Source: Ruditapes philippinarum
Taxonomy: Eukaryota
Length of the DNA stretch: 64,000 bases
Reading direction: 5' to 3'
Assembly (NCBI RefSeq): GCF_026571515.1
Contig: NW_026863691.1
Coordinates: forward strand, 310,001 to 374,000
Part shown: piece after piece, positions 38,756 through 52,860 of the stretch
Layout: each line of letters opens with the position of its first letter
Position numbering within the stretch: the first letter of the stretch is position 1
Made by a program: the position numbers and the translations under genes
Notes under the pieces: model-generated
Seen by the model: only the letters and a program-made list of their open reading frames with translations
Told to the model about the DNA's origin: nothing
Databases searched by the model: none

Positions 38756-39517
38756 ATGGGTTTAGGAGAGGAAGTGGATGTGAAAAGACGGAAAGTGATT
38801 TTTGATGAATATACGGGAGGATTTTATGCCGAGTCTAAAGTTGAAAGTCTACAAAGGCAGTGCGAATATCGTGCTAAATTGACTGACGTAATGAACAAGG
38901 CCGAAGAAGCCAAATATAAACTGGCTTGTAAACAAGTGAACGCAGAAAAACATATGTTTCTTATAAGGAAAGAAAAAGCTACTCATAGACATTCAGAAGC
39001 TTTACAAGATTATAAAGCACACATGAATGTGTTAGATAAACTGGCAAAGGAAAGAGAAGAAATACACGCTCAGATGGAAGATATCTATGGTAAATATCCG
39101 CCAAAAAGTTTAAGATCAAACATTGAAGAGCTCATTGAAGGAGAACTAAAAGAGATGCGACCTGTTGTCCGACGCCGACGAGAAGCTACAAAACTTCTCG
39201 ACAAAAGAAATGAACTGACTGAAGTGGACAGGACAATGTCAACAGAAGATCTGTTTGATAACATGAGACAAAGAAAGAGCCGTGTCCCTAGTCCTGTAAA
39301 GTCGGCTTCACGAAACAAAGGAGCTGAAACACCAAAACCGGTCCCTAGGCTAATTCTCCCGGCAATAACTGTGCGGCTCGGAAATAATAATAGTGCTAGC
39401 AAAACACGTGTCATAGAACCTGTTTCTGTTACACGTGACAATACTAAATCTTATGACGAAAATGCTATGTTACCTTCAGTATTTGTGACTGATCCGAGGA
39501 GTAGTGCACTAGGATGA
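38756..39517 (+). CDS. Uncharacterised coiled-coil protein with disordered basic C-terminus, 253 aa, single coding exon
   Basis: Long ORF with protein-like composition in AT-rich DNA; ATG in good context (aaacaATGg); E/K/R-rich helical N-half; no recognised domain. Confidence 0.72.
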   Translation: MGLGEEVDVKRRKVIFDEYTGGFYAESKVESLQRQCEYRAKLTDVMNKAEEAKYKLACKQVNAEKHMFLIRKEKATHRHSEALQDYKAHMNVLDKLAKEREEIHAQMEDIYGKYPPKSLRSNIEELIEGELKEMRPVVRRRREATKLLDKRNELTEVDRTMSTEDLFDNMRQRKSRVPSPVKSASRNKGAETPKPVPRLILPAITVRLGNNNSASKTRVIEPVSVTRDNTKSYDENAMLPSVFVTDPRSSALG

Positions 39518-40479
39518 TTTACATCTAGAATGATTATTATGAGTATCGAAGTTAGCAACACACCAAAAATGAAACCATGCTTCTGGAAATGTGTGAAATA
39601 TCATAAATCATTGGCATTAAATCGATTTGAGTACCTCAAAATGAGATGTGGGACTACTTGACAGAATAAAGATACCAAATTTTCGCATTTTTTTTTGCTT
39701 CTGTATTTCTTTACATTCTAGCTTTCTTGTTATTGAGTATAGAGTGCCGTGAATCTCATCTAGGATTTATTGTGAAGCATTTGACAAATCCTTCGTCTGC
39801 TTTCGTATCGCATCATAACATTTACTTAGTGACAATTTAATTCGTTGACAGCAAAACACATATTTTCGATAGAACTTGATGTCATAATATAGCCTGATAA
39901 GGTTTGATTTATTCAAGAATGACGCATTTCTTTCCTTTTGTAATGAATGTTTTACAGATTTATGCCAGAAAGTTGATTGAATTAAATAAAGATCTTAACA
40001 TATATGTCAATGATTATTGAAAATGTGACAGAAAATCTACCTTATCAGGGAAGATTCATGCTAAGTTTTGAGACTAAGTATTAACTTCTGGAGACATATC
40101 TACTAGTAATGACAGATCTGAGTACTTAGAAGGATTAGTCTTGTTGTTTTTTATTTGTTTGTTTTTTGTTTTTTAATCTAGTAGACAAATAGACATCAAA
40201 GCTTATGCGGGCTATGCTATACATTTGTATTTATTGTTTTGAACTTAATGAAACATCTATAAAAAAAATAAATCTATTTTACAGTCGATTTTTTTATTCA
40301 ATATATATATTTTTTTTATCGAATTTCACATTGTTTAGTACCTTTATGGTATCAGAGATAATTTTGCTAAACATTTGATCATAATTATCATTATTACCTT
40401 GATAAATATATGTCGTGTGTTTACAAATGTCAAAATATTTACACGACAACTTACATAAATGATAGATTTACATATTTAT

Positions 40480-40816
40480 AGGCACATTATGCATCAGAAA
40501 CAAATAAATTTTTATTTTCTTAAAAAGGGGTAACATGAATTTTATAACATTTAAATTATGGTTTTAGAGCAGTTATCTGAAGAAAGCAGCACTAAATGTG
40601 AAATAATTTGTCACAAAAGTAGCAGAATGTAAACAAAGTAGTATTTTGACTTCCTTACAAAATACTAATTCACTATACATGTACCTGTACTAGATGCCTG
40701 ATAGATATGGTTCAGGAAATTTGTCAATGACTAACTTTTTTTGAACCTATATAGTATATTACAAAAAAAACTTTTGAGAAATGAAAATAAAAGCATTTCT
40801 TGGGCATAATGTGCCT
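40480..40816. mobile_element. Kolobok-like MITE (AGGCACATTATGC family)
   Basis: aggcacattatgc...gcataatgtgcct|ttaa; related copies at 41909-42463, 47492-47822 and a partial copy near 33800-34050. Confidence 0.72.
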
Positions 40817-41908
40817 TTAAGCTGAAACATTTTACTATATATTCTTCAATAGAAATACTTCCTTTATTGCTCATAAGAATTTTTAAACATAGGATATTCG
40901 TTGAGATTGTTGATTTTCACCGCTTCTATAAGAAATGAGGGCTACATTACCATTTGCAAAATACTACATACTACCTGCAATATATACATTCTGCTCTGGT
41001 TTCTGACCAATCAAATACGTGAGAACAAAAAACAATCTCTATAACCTTGGGTCATAGACTTTATTTCAAATGCATTATTTCAAAAACATTACACAAATAC
41101 AATAGATTAAGTTTGTTATAATTTTTACTATTCTTTATTTTTATTATATAAGATTACATTGACATTGTCATAACTGTTCGATATTTACAGTTTATATTTG
41201 GCAGTAGTAAAATATTTGTTTATAAGAGTACCGTAAGGTTACGCATCCCCGCGACAAATATTGTCTGCCTGTGAATTAATTATAAATAAACATATCATTC
41301 ATCAATGACCCTTGAAACAGGTAAATGTTTATTGATAAAATGATATTTGTAATAACCTGTCTTTAAACAATGACGCAGCTAAATGATAAACTAACGGTCT
41401 AAATGTCATGTTTATCAGATTAAAGATAAACATCGACGTAATCTAATGAAGTGAGGGAACACGTTTATATTTGACAGAGTTAACACATGCGAGTCATTTA
41501 GCAACTAAAATGCTTCAATATCTCAACAAATTAAAATAAATTGCTATAGTTTTTTTTTATTAAAATTTTCAAGTGCAAACCATGTTGGTGTGACGCAAAC
41601 GCATATTTAAATTAATTGTTTTATCTATTACATTATCAAAAACAAAACGTCACCTCTTAAAGGTCAACAAATACACTTTACATTTATTCCATGTTATCTA
41701 TCGCTTATACTTATATTACAACAGTCATGTGTAGAACGTCTAACATTTTCATCTGAATCTATAAATTCGACACTTTGTTCCAAAACCATTGAATAAATAA
41801 AATTAACAAAGAAAAATGGGACACAAAGAGTTTTTTTTTTATAATTTCCCTTCCGACGCAGCTGTGCTTTTTACAAAGGTTTTTTTCATGGAAAGGATTT
41901 GTACTTAA

Positions 41909-42463
41909 AGGCACATTATGCCTCAAAAATATCTTTTCGTCTTTAGAAAGAACAATAGTAAGTTTTATAACGTTAAAATAATCTTATAATAAAATAAATG
42001 AAACGCGTCACGACAAAACCAACATAATGGGTTTGCGACCAGCATGGGTCCAGACCAGCCTGCACATCCGCGCAGTCTGATCAGGATCCATGTTGTTCGC
42101 TTTCAGTTTCTCTACTTGTTAAAGGGTTTGTAAGCGAATAGCATGGATCCTGATCAGACTGCGCGGATGCGCAGGCTGGTCTGGATCCATGCTGGTCGCA
42201 AACGCACTATGTTGGTTTTGTCGTGACGCGGCTCATATCATGCTTATCACATGAAGTAAGTAGCGCTAAATGTGAAATTATTTGTCATGTGAGTAAAAGA
42301 ATATAAACAAAGTAGTATTTTGACTTCCATGCAAAATATTAAATCATTTTAAATGCCCTAATTATTAAAAAGCAACAGAAGCAAAAGATGGTGTAACAGA
42401 ACACGAAAATTAAAATGCGATAAAGGCATAAAAATTAAAGCATTTCTGGAGGATAATGTGCCT
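41909..42463. mobile_element. Kolobok-like MITE with TTAA TSD, hosting a palindromic MITE
   Basis: ttaa|aggcacattatgcc...ggataatgtgcct|ttaa. Confidence 0.8.
41999..42235. mobile_element. Palindromic MITE (TGAGCC family), near full length
   Basis: ~100-bp arms that are reverse complements of each other. Confidence 0.85.
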
Positions 42464-42532
42464 TTAAGTTCCGTGAACATTTTGTTAATAGTACGAAATT
42501 TACAATTTTTATCCCTCAACATATATTGTATT

Positions 42533-42671
42533 NNNNNNNNNNNNNNNNNNNNNNNNNNNNNNNNNNNNNNNNNNNNNNNNNNNNNNNNNNNNNNNNNNNN
42601 NNNNNNNNNNNNNNNNNNNNNNNNNNNNNNNNNNNNNNNNNNNNNNNNNNNNNNNNNNNNNNNNNNNNNNN
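42533..42671. other. Assembly gap (N run)
   Basis: N characters. Confidence 1.
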
Positions 42672-43387
42672 TAATATCAGCCACAATGACACGTATTAAC
42701 TAACGCATGTGTGTGTGTTTTGTTTTTTTTTGCCAAGTGTGAAGGGAGGCAACTGTGTAGCACTTTGACTTTTTCAGCTATCTGCGTTATTCTCCCTTTT
42801 AATATAATTGAACAATGGAATGAATACTACAATATATTTTATAAAATTAAAATTGTTCTTGAAATCCAAATGAATTGAATTAAATATACATGTCATAAGA
42901 AAAAAAAAGTTCCGAAAATTTTCCTAATTTACCAATCCATTTATGATTTTTATGAAAATTAGTAAATAATGGTAAACAGCACAACGCAGAATGATAATAT
43001 AATATAATATTATACAATAATATATTAAATTAATGAGACATGGAACATTTCATAACTTTGGAGAATCAAACATCAAAATAAGGTGAATGAGAGATTAACA
43101 AGAAACTTGGAAATCTATGAAATATTAACAACAACTGTTCTGTTCTTGTAGGATGCTTAAATTCTGAAATTTATCCGAATCACTTACATTTGAATTCTTA
43201 ACAATTAATTTCATAAAATGATTAACACGCAGTGTGAAGTATTCTCCTTTTTAAAAATAAAACCTAAAAACATGCGTGAATCTGTTATATTTTGAAAAAA
43301 AGCTGTTATAATTCAACCACACGTCTTAATGCTATCACAGTCTTCCAATAGTATTTTATAAATAGCTCTATAAATTTGTGTAGGAAC

Positions 43388-46300
43388 TTAAGACCTTACA
43401 TTTATCAGGTCTTCAGTTGATTTTATGCCCTTTTTCACAACAACAACTTCGCCTTTCATATAAAATGCCGTCTCATCTTCAAGTTGCACACACGGCCAAA
43501 CAACTTCACATATTGTACCTTGAATTTTTGTTACATCTTCTACAGGTCTTTTAGAAGAGTACTCTTTAAAATGGTCAGCACATTCGGTATATTGTTTACC
43601 AACAACATCAAAGTCAAGAACCATGGTCGGGTTGGACACTGTCATGAGCCAGCAACATTCAATGTATTCTTCGAGAAAATTCTGTAATTTTTCTTGGATA
43701 TTTATGTATTTTTCTTTCGAACATAACTTCATAACTTCTTTTTGTTCAAGCTGTTTTATGATATTCTGAAAATCCATAGACAATTAGTTTAACTCGTGCA
43801 GACTGAATATAACAAGTCAATACTGCAAAATCATTATATTCGTGAGGCACTAAATTTCGTGGATTTATTGTGTAGGTCTATTCATGAATTTTAGATCCAA
43901 CAAATGTCATTTCCTCGGCTGTAAAAACATTACATACATGTATTTGCATTTCTTTGAAAAAAAAATAGATATTCCGCGAATTTAAGAAGCCACGAAAATG
44001 TCTTTTGTGACTAAACCACGAAACTTCATCCCCACGAAATCAAATGAATTCACATTATGTAGTTTTGTATAATATTCTTTTATTTTGAATTATTATTAAG
44101 GAATTATGAAAGAGAGACTGATTCATTTAAAGTGAGTACAAAATAAACTTTGTCACAAAATACAACCATAAAGGAAGATTTAACATCACGTGTTTAAATC
44201 ATTTATACAAATGTACATGTAAAATTAACCAAATTTCATACACTGTTACAAATAAATTGATACATTGTGGTCAATACATAAGCTAATTTGTATTAGCCAT
44301 GTATATATGGCATTAATTGTATGTGTTATATGGTTATATTGGTACATGTATTTGTATTAGCCATGTCTATATGGCATTAATTGTATGTGTTATTTGGTTA
44401 TATTGGTCGGGTATTTGTATTAGACATGTCTATATGGCATTAATTTTATGTGTTATATGGTTATATTGGTATATATTTGTATTAGCCATGTATATATGGC
44501 ATTAATTGTATGTGTTATATGGTTATATTGGTACATTTATTTGTATTAGCTATATATATATATATGGCATTAATTGTATTTGTTATATGGTTATATTGGT
44601 ACATATTTTTGTATTAGCCAAACTGAATTATGTGCATGTGTTATATGACCATAATGATTATATAGGATAAAAAGATCAAAAACGAACACAATTTATCAGA
44701 TGGTAAATAACCAACAATAATAAGTATAAAAATATTTAAAATATTTTGAAATGGAAATACCTTCTTCACATTGTCTTTAACAAAAGTTCTAACTGCATAT
44801 CTTCTCCTCAATTGTAAATAATCTGAAAGCTTTTCAAACACAAACAATCTCTGTATAAAACTGTATTTATGAACCTATCGAATAATGAAAATATCTGACT
44901 GATATTTTCCTTTTATATTAATGAAATTTAACATTAATGAAATATAACAGGCCGGCTAAAAATTACAAAAAATGTATCGGAATTGGAAGAATGGGATGGT
45001 AAAAACTAATAGAAAATTCTGTACGAATCTATATCCTGCAGTAAAATAAACACATTTTTGTTTGTTTTTCTGATTTAGGTTTAATTGATATACCCACATT
45101 TTTTACATGCTTCTTATACGATAGACTAAGCTTGCTGTTTTTCAGTCATTTGTCCCTTATTATTAAAATTCTAAATTTAGACAAGGTCTATCTCGCGGCA
45201 ATGAGGCAATAAAGCTACTTAAGGGAGGAAGAACTCTTCTGCTACAGGCTGCTCATCTCTCAAAGGTTATGGTTATGAAGATGAGGGCGGGGTGTGGGCG
45301 GGGGGGGGGGGTTACTTACACCATTAAGGTTGAAAAGTCATCATTAAAATGGCTGTGAAACAATTTTGTTTCAAAAATAATATTAACCATATTTAACTTA
45401 TTATTTTTGAAAGAAAATCTTACATCTTCATTTGCTGGAATATCTTCTTTACTGTTGACTTGTAGATAATTACAGACTTGTACATCGGCCACTTCTTTAC
45501 ATTTCTGGTAACCGGTCTGTAATACAGGGGACCAAATATTGTACAAAACAGTTAAAATATAGCCAGGTTATTCTCAAATTATATTAACAAAGAATTTACA
45601 AAGAAAATGTACGTTAGATAAAAAAAACAAGTTGTCCAACACAAATGTTATTCTCAAATTATATTAACAAAGAATTTACAAAGAACATGTACGTTAGATA
45701 AAAAAACAAGTTGTCCAACATAAAGCAAATGAGCCGTGCCATGACAAAACCAACATAATGGGTTTGCGACCAGCATGGATCCAGACCAGCCTGCGCAGTC
45801 TGATCAGGATCCATGACCCTATTACAAGCACAGGCACGAGTATCGGACCTGGGAAGAAAAAATATGACCAGATTGATAAAAAACCTGTGTTCATCTTAAA
45901 AAGTGTCAAAAAAAAAAAAAATGTAAATAATGACCCCCTTTAAAAATATACTATAAGTTAAGAGAAGGCCGGAAACTCCAGATTCGAGCCTACGAGCAAG
46001 GGATTCATTTCCCGGGCCGTTGTGAAAACAATTGGCCAGACAATTAAAAAAAAAACCTTTCCACGGTCTTTAGATTACTTTCTACGCCATTGTCAATCAG
46101 CTGTTCGATATTTTGTAACGAGTCTTCTGATTGGCCAGTAGCAACGAAAACCGCAACGTTTCACACAAGGATGCCTAATGACGTAGAAAGCGATTGAAAG
46201 ACCGTGTAAATGTTTGAAACTCGAATCTCGTGTGTATCAGATGCTACTGACGGTTGTGAGTGGTCCAACTTAATGTATTTAGTAATATTATTTAGTAAAT

Positions 46301-49055
46301 TCAAGTGATTTTGACCCATACTCAGCTGACATACATGTATTAGTCTATGTTTACGTATCGAATTGTTGTGCCGCAATTCTGTCTACCAAGGATTTTTAGT
46401 ACGAATTCGCTCGTTTCCTGATAGATATTTCATGAACGGGAAGGGCTAGAGACTTGGGGTTGGTCTCATTTTGAAGCTTAATATAAACGTGAAATAGGGA
46501 TAAAAGTTTTTTTTTAATTGTCTGGCCAATTGTTTTCACAACGGCCCGGGAAATGAATCCCTTGCTCGTAGGCTCGAATCTGGAGTTTCCGGCCTTCTCT
46601 TAACTTATAGTATATTTTTAAAGGGGGTCATTGTTTACATTTTTGTTGTTTTTTTTTTTTTTTTGACACTGTTAAGATGAACACAGGTTTTTTTTATCAA
46701 TCTGGTCATATTTTTTCTTCCCAGGTCCGATACTCGTGCCTGTGATTACAAGTAGAGAAACTAATAGCGGACAGCATGGATCCTGATCCTACTGCGCGGA
46801 TGCGCAGGCTTGTCTGGATCCATGCTGGTCGCAAACACACTATGTTGGTTTTGTCGTGACGCGGCTCAAATGTCGTTAACTTTTCATTAAATGCTATATT
46901 GTACAATTGATGGATAATGTAACAACCAAGCTACCAACTCTCATTATAAAAGTGTCATGATTGAGGAAGGAAAACGTGTCGGTCCTATTCCCATGTTACA
47001 TGCTAAATACCATAATGCAAACATTATAAAGCTTATGTTTGTCCTTTCTAAAGAAGAAATTATGTATCCGCTTCTGAGGTATAATGTGATTAGATGTTAT
47101 CCTTAAAGTAACTTTCATGTAATCAAATACCCGTCATGTGATTGTATACATGTACTAGTTTACCCTCATAGGATGGGATATTGGTTTAATTCAAACTATC
47201 AAATATCATTTTACCTTCATTAGATCGGTAAGTAAAGATATCATTTCAACTTCTGTCTTGGTTCGGAATGATTTGGCCATTTGCCTTGCTACCATTACCC
47301 ATTTTGTAGAATTTAAAGATTCGAATCTTTGAGTAAGTCTCGAGTTATTCTGTTCATCATTTACGTTCTCAAAACTTCCTTTTACATCCGTTAGTCTAGA
47401 CATTTCAATGGTTAACTGACTCGACCTGTCAAAAGATCAAAAATAGAACTTTAACACTATTCCTTCCTTAAATATATAATCTTAAGACTAAAGACACATT
47501 AGCCCCAGAAATACATATTTCTAAACATTCTCTAGAAATGTCAGACATGTGTTCAAAAATGTTTTAATAATGGATTTAGTTTAACAACCGACGAAAGTAG
47601 CGCTGAATGTGCAGTAATGTGTTGCAAAGGTAGCAAAATATAATGACTTCCATACAAAATAATAACTCCATATGAATATACGAATTGCAAAAAGAGCAAA
47701 ACAAGCCAAAGCTAGTTCCTCTTTATGGTAAATATGTGTTTTCTTTTAAACTGTGACAAAATAATAAACATAAAAGATTTTTAGAAAATAAAGTGATAGC
47801 ATATCTGAGGTATAATGGGCCTTTAAGAAGAATCAATACACTCCTAATTATATGACATAGCCTTAACTTCATGTTTTTGATAACATGCACTTGTAAAATT
47901 AGTCTTCATCCTCATTAAATGTGATGTGCTTGATTATCACATGATGAAGTTGATTCTTAATTGTGTAAAAAAAATCAAAATATTTTAATAGAAATTTTGT
48001 ATTGTATTACTTATATATATATTTTTTAAAGATTTTATATGTGTGAATGGTATACCGTTGCTCTATATCATTATTCTGTTTCTTAAGCATCGCATTTTCT
48101 CTTTCCAATGCTGTAATCTTTTCTTCAAGTGTTTCTATGCGTTTTAAATCCTTTAATCTTTCAAGTTTCAGACTTTCCAACTCCTGTTTTGTTTCGTCAT
48201 CGTTTTCATCCTTTTCTATTTGAATTACGGTGTCTTGTTCCGCATTGTCTGCAGATGGAATCTGTACATACCTTGTTTCCTGGTATATGTGAATGTAAAG
48301 TTTTAATCAACAAAACATTTTGAAGTTAGTGTAAACAGTTTTAATATGTCTAAAGTGAGTTCAAAATACCAAAACTCCAAAAGTGGGTTAAAAGCAATCA
48401 ATAGGAATTCAAAACTTTGTTTAACTGAATATTTATTTTACGAATAATAATAAGTATGTTGATCATTTCTCTCTCTTCCTCTTTCCCACCTTCCCTCAAA
48501 CGATCATCACCTGAAACAGTTATAATACATTATAGGACAATAGGATTGATAAATACTCATTTGGAAAAAGGGTAAATCCACACAAAAACATTTAGAGTGG
48601 TTAATATAAGATAATTGGGAACATTTAATAGTTCTCTAAACCTATAAAGAAATTCACTTTTTCAATACACATTCATAAATGTATAACGTAAAGATTTTTC
48701 TGGTTAGAAAAAATGTAAAGATTTATGGTAATTTATGTCATTTGAGAAAAGGTGTGCATGTACTGTCCTGTATTTCACACAAACAGTCGTCTACTATTTA
48801 AATTGTATATCATTCAAGCCATACAAAGATTTATCGACCTCTTGAAACGGGTTGATATTAACTACTTTACATTGATATGCTAGATTTATACTAGATTACT
48901 TCATTTATCTACCAACATTTCACGATAAAGAAATTATTAACTTGTTATTTTATATATATATATAATAATATAAAACATAGCTACTTAAAATTAAAAGATA
49001 AACTTACCCTATTTTTGTTTCCCTTTCTACATACATGTCTTAAGCATCGAAGCAT
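43388..49055 (-). CDS. Coiled-coil plus Mieap (mitochondria-eating protein) C-terminal-domain-like protein, copy 1, ~347 aa
   Basis: complement(join(43388..43765,44761..44850,45424..45516,47215..47425,48056..48279,49008..49055)); GT-AG, in frame (1044 nt). Motifs YIECCWLMTVSNPTMVL, HFKEYS, VVWPCVQL...KGEVV. The first exon and the 48279 and 44850 acceptors are less certain. Confidence 0.75.
44287..44620. repeat. Intronic minisatellite, ~63-64 bp x5
   Basis: tttgtattagccatgtatatatggcattaattgtatgtgttatatggttatattggtac repeats near 44287, 44351, 44414, 44476, 44540. Confidence 0.9.
45567..45720. repeat. Tandem duplication of ~75-80 bp
   Basis: gttattctcaaattatattaacaaagaatttac...caagttgtccaaca occurs twice. 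Confidence 0.85.
45730..46868. mobile_element. Palindromic MITE (TGAGCC family) split by a later insertion
   Basis: Left half 45730-45828, right half 46745-46868. Confidence 0.85.
45829..46744. mobile_element. Non-autonomous DNA transposon with ~225-bp TIRs and 8-bp TSD (P-element-like)
   Basis: attacaag|cacaggcacgag...ctcgtgcctgtg|attacaag; arms 45829-~46055 and ~46507-46744 are near-perfect inverted repeats. Confidence 0.92.
47492..47822. mobile_element. Degenerate Kolobok-like MITE
   Basis: agacacattagcc...ggtataatgggcct|ttaa; interior similar to 40480-40816. Confidence 0.6.
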
Positions 49056-51325
49056 GCTAAAAATATGAAGTGGTAGAATTATTATAAATAAAAACATGTT
49101 ATTTTTCTAGCGTGTAAAGTTCACGTATCTCTGTTTTCATATTTCTATTATGTAATCCCTTGAACAAAACTCCACATTATCTAACTGATATTGTTTCGAT
49201 TTGAAGTAACATAAAATATACATTCTATTTATAGATATGCAATACCGAATATTTGACCTACTTCTCTTTTGCAAAATACTGAAATACTTACTCAGGACAA
49301 AATAAGTTTGAGATTTCAGAACATTTAATTTGAGATCCCGGGAAAGCATATTCATAACCAAGTGTCCATCCAAAAATATTTTGATAAACTGATTCAGTCA
49401 TTTTAAACTAAAACGTGTTTCATGACTTTAGATAAAAAAATAACAACAACTATATACAATATATTAGGCAACCAGGAAGGCAATTAAAACTTATGTATCG
49501 TTAACCAACATGTCAGAATATATCCGAAGTCGTCAGACAACCTTACTAGTGTCCTTATTTTAACATTGATCGTAAAATGTACTTGCCTATTAACTTACGA
49601 AGAGATAATATGTTTACTTTCAAAGTACTGATAGAACTGTATTAGTCACACTGTCTGTTTTTACACAAAGAATAATGTCTATTGTTAAATAATGTTTACT
49701 ACCTACTAGTGAGTCTCTATTGTCAAGTGTATTGTCTTAATTTTCATTGTTTGATTTATCTTTTTTATATTTTTATGTATTTTATTTAATTATTTTTTTA
49801 TTTAAAAGGTTTTATGACATTTGTAATCGCATTGTGACACTAATTCCTATAATTATAATGTCAGTGAAACTAGTTATACGTGGTAACAATATTGGGTTTC
49901 ATGGGTCCAATGTTGTGGTTACACTATTTTTTATCTTTTCTAGTCTCTCATCTCTATAAGTCATACATAAGTATCTCTAGCCTTATTATTGTATTTATAT
50001 TCTCTACAAGCTTTATTTACATATTTGTGTCATTTTATTTTAATGCTTATTTGTTTGTGAAAAAGCTGTTTAAAACGCTAATGCCCATATGGGCCTTGTT
50101 GAAAAATAAAACTTGAAACTTGATAATTTTAAATGAACATCAGAAAATTTTCTGTAGTAATTAACAGAAAGAGTAGTGTAAAAACCGAATTAAACAACAA
50201 TATTTTTGAGGCCAAAGAAAACGAAAATGAAGAACATTAAATACAAGAGGGCAGTATAGACCTTTTAACAATACGATATTTCCTCAGAAACGGAAGAAGC
50301 ATTTCACGCATGCGCATTCTTCTTGATATACATTTGGTCATGATTCATTCGATTCTGACATAAGAACCTTCGTGTTTAGGAAATTTAGATTGAAACAGCA
50401 GGGTACTATAGATAAAATTTCATTGCCTGTGCATTACATTGATATTAATATTACACAATTAAACTGTACACTTTCTTTAGTGTGGATTGGCAAGGTTGCA
50501 AGTGTGGAACAGATGATAACGGGGCTGGCTGTTTTTTTCAGCTAGTTATAATATCATAAAACTGGAGATGTATGAAGTTAGCGGCATAGCGGCGTGAAGT
50601 TGGCGGTCTGGCAGCTTGAGTTGGCGGCCTAGCAGGGGGTTGGGTGGGGTGGGCTTTGGCGGCCCTATCCTTTTTAGAAGGACTCTTGTCCGCTGAAAAG
50701 TCTTACTTTCGAAAGAATTCCCACTACTATTGTGAAGAGTTAATTGCTCTACAAAGGACTGCTGTGCAGGGGCCACAGTGTATCATTTGATACATCTGAT
50801 GATAACCATTGTGTCATAAAAAGCATAAAGGTGATATTTGTTCAAATAACACGTTTTTTGCCTAGTAGAAAAAAATGCAAAGTAAGATTAAAGTAAAATT
50901 AAAGTTACAAATAGTTTTGACATCATAGCCACGTGTTGCGTGCAATAATTTGGTTTCTAGCTCAAAGGTCAAGATCAAAACCAAAGAATTTTTCATAAAA
51001 GTTCATGCACGTTCGCGTCCGGTCAATAACTCGTCTTTACCGTTGCAGGATGGATTTTGAAATAATTAAGCATAATTGTGTAATACATGATAACAAAGAA
51101 TCACACGCATTAATAAGGTTTCTAGGTTGAAAGTCAAGGTCATACTCGGTACATCCAAGGTCATGATAATATTACGAATTTGAATCGATGGTTGTATCCT
51201 TTAAGGATTTTGAAATAATTATGCATAAAAATTGGCATATTGAGTGGAGGTGTCTTACGCTAAAACAAGATTTGTAGCTCAAAAGTCAAGGTCGTACCTA
51301 ACTTGAAATAATTTTTTATTAAAAT

Positions 51326-52178
51326 CCCTGCCGAGGTGAGCGCAGTAAAATCGCCAGCATCGCCGCAGCATCGAAGTGGCATTGCAGTGGCACCGCATAG
51401 ACCGACGTCACGCATAAACAAACGCCGTCACATCGCAACGGAAGCGCCTTGAAAACGCAGAAGGGTCGCCGAATGCTCGCCGTTGTTAGCCACGGCGCTT
51501 GTACGGCAATTGTGCGGCGCTTCTACCGCGCTTTGACTGTTTGTGTATGGCGTTTTTACGGAGCTTTACGATTTCAGCCAGAAGAGCGCCGTGAAAGCGC
51601 AGTGGTAGCGCAAAGGACGCAATAGAAACGCCGTCCGAACGCAGACAATATCTAATTAATACGCCGTAAAAACGCATTACAACGCCGTGGAAGCTCCGTA
51701 GCAGCGCCATGATCACCGTGAGGACCCCATGAAGACCATGTGAAGTTCCATGTCATAAATAGATGATATTGAATGAGTGTAAGTTCAATACTGGATTTAT
51801 TGATCGACTTGTGTAAAGTTCTATTATGCGAGCTTCTGGCGAGCATAATATTATTTTATTCAACGAGTTCAATAAATATAATATTCTATTTATCACATAC
51901 CCAAAATAAAGAGTGTTTTAAGTGAAAAAGAGTCATTTTTCAATGAGGCGCCTATAGTGTAAAGCTATAATTAGCGCGTCTTTACACTATGTTTGTATAA
52001 CGCTAATGACGTCACGTCAAAATATATGCACGACCGTGCAATACCATTTTTACGGAGTCGCATAATCGGCACGTGTGTGATAAAAAAATCAGATTTTTCT
52101 TGTGATCTCGCAGCTCTGTTAAATTTAACAACGTCGTGCAAACGCAGTGACATGACAGTCTTGTGTGACAGGACCTTA
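51326..52178. mobile_element. GC-rich DNA-transposon fragment (PIF/Harbinger-like right end) with an AT-rich repeat inside (~51755-52085)
   Basis: Terminus gtgtgacaggacc-ttaa; GC-rich acgccgt/gcgccgt subrepeats 51330-51720; no matching left end seen. Confidence 0.45.
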
Positions 52179-52631
52179 AAGTAAGCTGATCTTCATGTCT
52201 GGCCAACAATCTTGTCATTTTAATAATTAGTTAGGTAAAGGTTATAATTGAATTTTAAGAATGATAAATTCATGGTTGTATATCTGTCATTCAGCCATAG
52301 ATGCTTGAACTAGTCAGGCACATTGAAAATATAAGAAGAGTATGTTTATGTTTCTCCTTTCTTGAAACGATGTTTTTTATATGCCTGCGTTGAAAGTTAG
52401 ATGTTATGTTCTTTTACTGGACTAGGTTTTGGGGCATTTGTCTGTTTCTAACGGTGGAAAGTCAACTTTTATGTGAATGTTTAATTTTCTTTTGATAGGA
52501 AATTATTTTATTTGATTGCACCGGAATATTATCAGGTACAAAATTAATTATTCATTTCATTTCATAGTTGGCTAACAAACACCATGGGGACATGTATGGT
52601 GAATTATTGAAGTGTTATTTATCCTTCCATG

Positions 52632-52860
52632 TACTGCCCCTCACCGTTTAGGGTTCGAATCCCGACATGGCCTTTGGAATCTTTCGAGTAATAAAGCTAT
52701 CCAGTCACCTTACGGACCGTCGGATGTTCTCAGGTGCCCGTTCGTGCCTGAAATAATGCACGGAAGGGCACCTGAGGTTTTCCTCCATCAGTAAAGCTTG
52801 AATGTCGCCATATGACCTATACTGTATCGGCGTGATGTGAAACTCAGACAATCAATCAAA
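52632..52860 (+). mobile_element. tRNA-derived SINE, 5'-truncated
   Basis: B box gggttcgaatccc; body aggtgcccgttcgtgcctgaaataatgcacggaagggcacctgagg; (caat)n tail. Confidence 0.75.

Noticed and set aside
39085-39441. Antisense or overlapping ORFs (also 12225-12458, 14665-14946, 43484-43687, 54598-54843, 62571-63084)
   Set aside because: Shadows of real coding exons on the other strand.
48440-48510. Extra exon candidate in Mieap-like copy 1
   Set aside because: Good acceptor but no convincing donor or compatible phase; the model is in frame without it.
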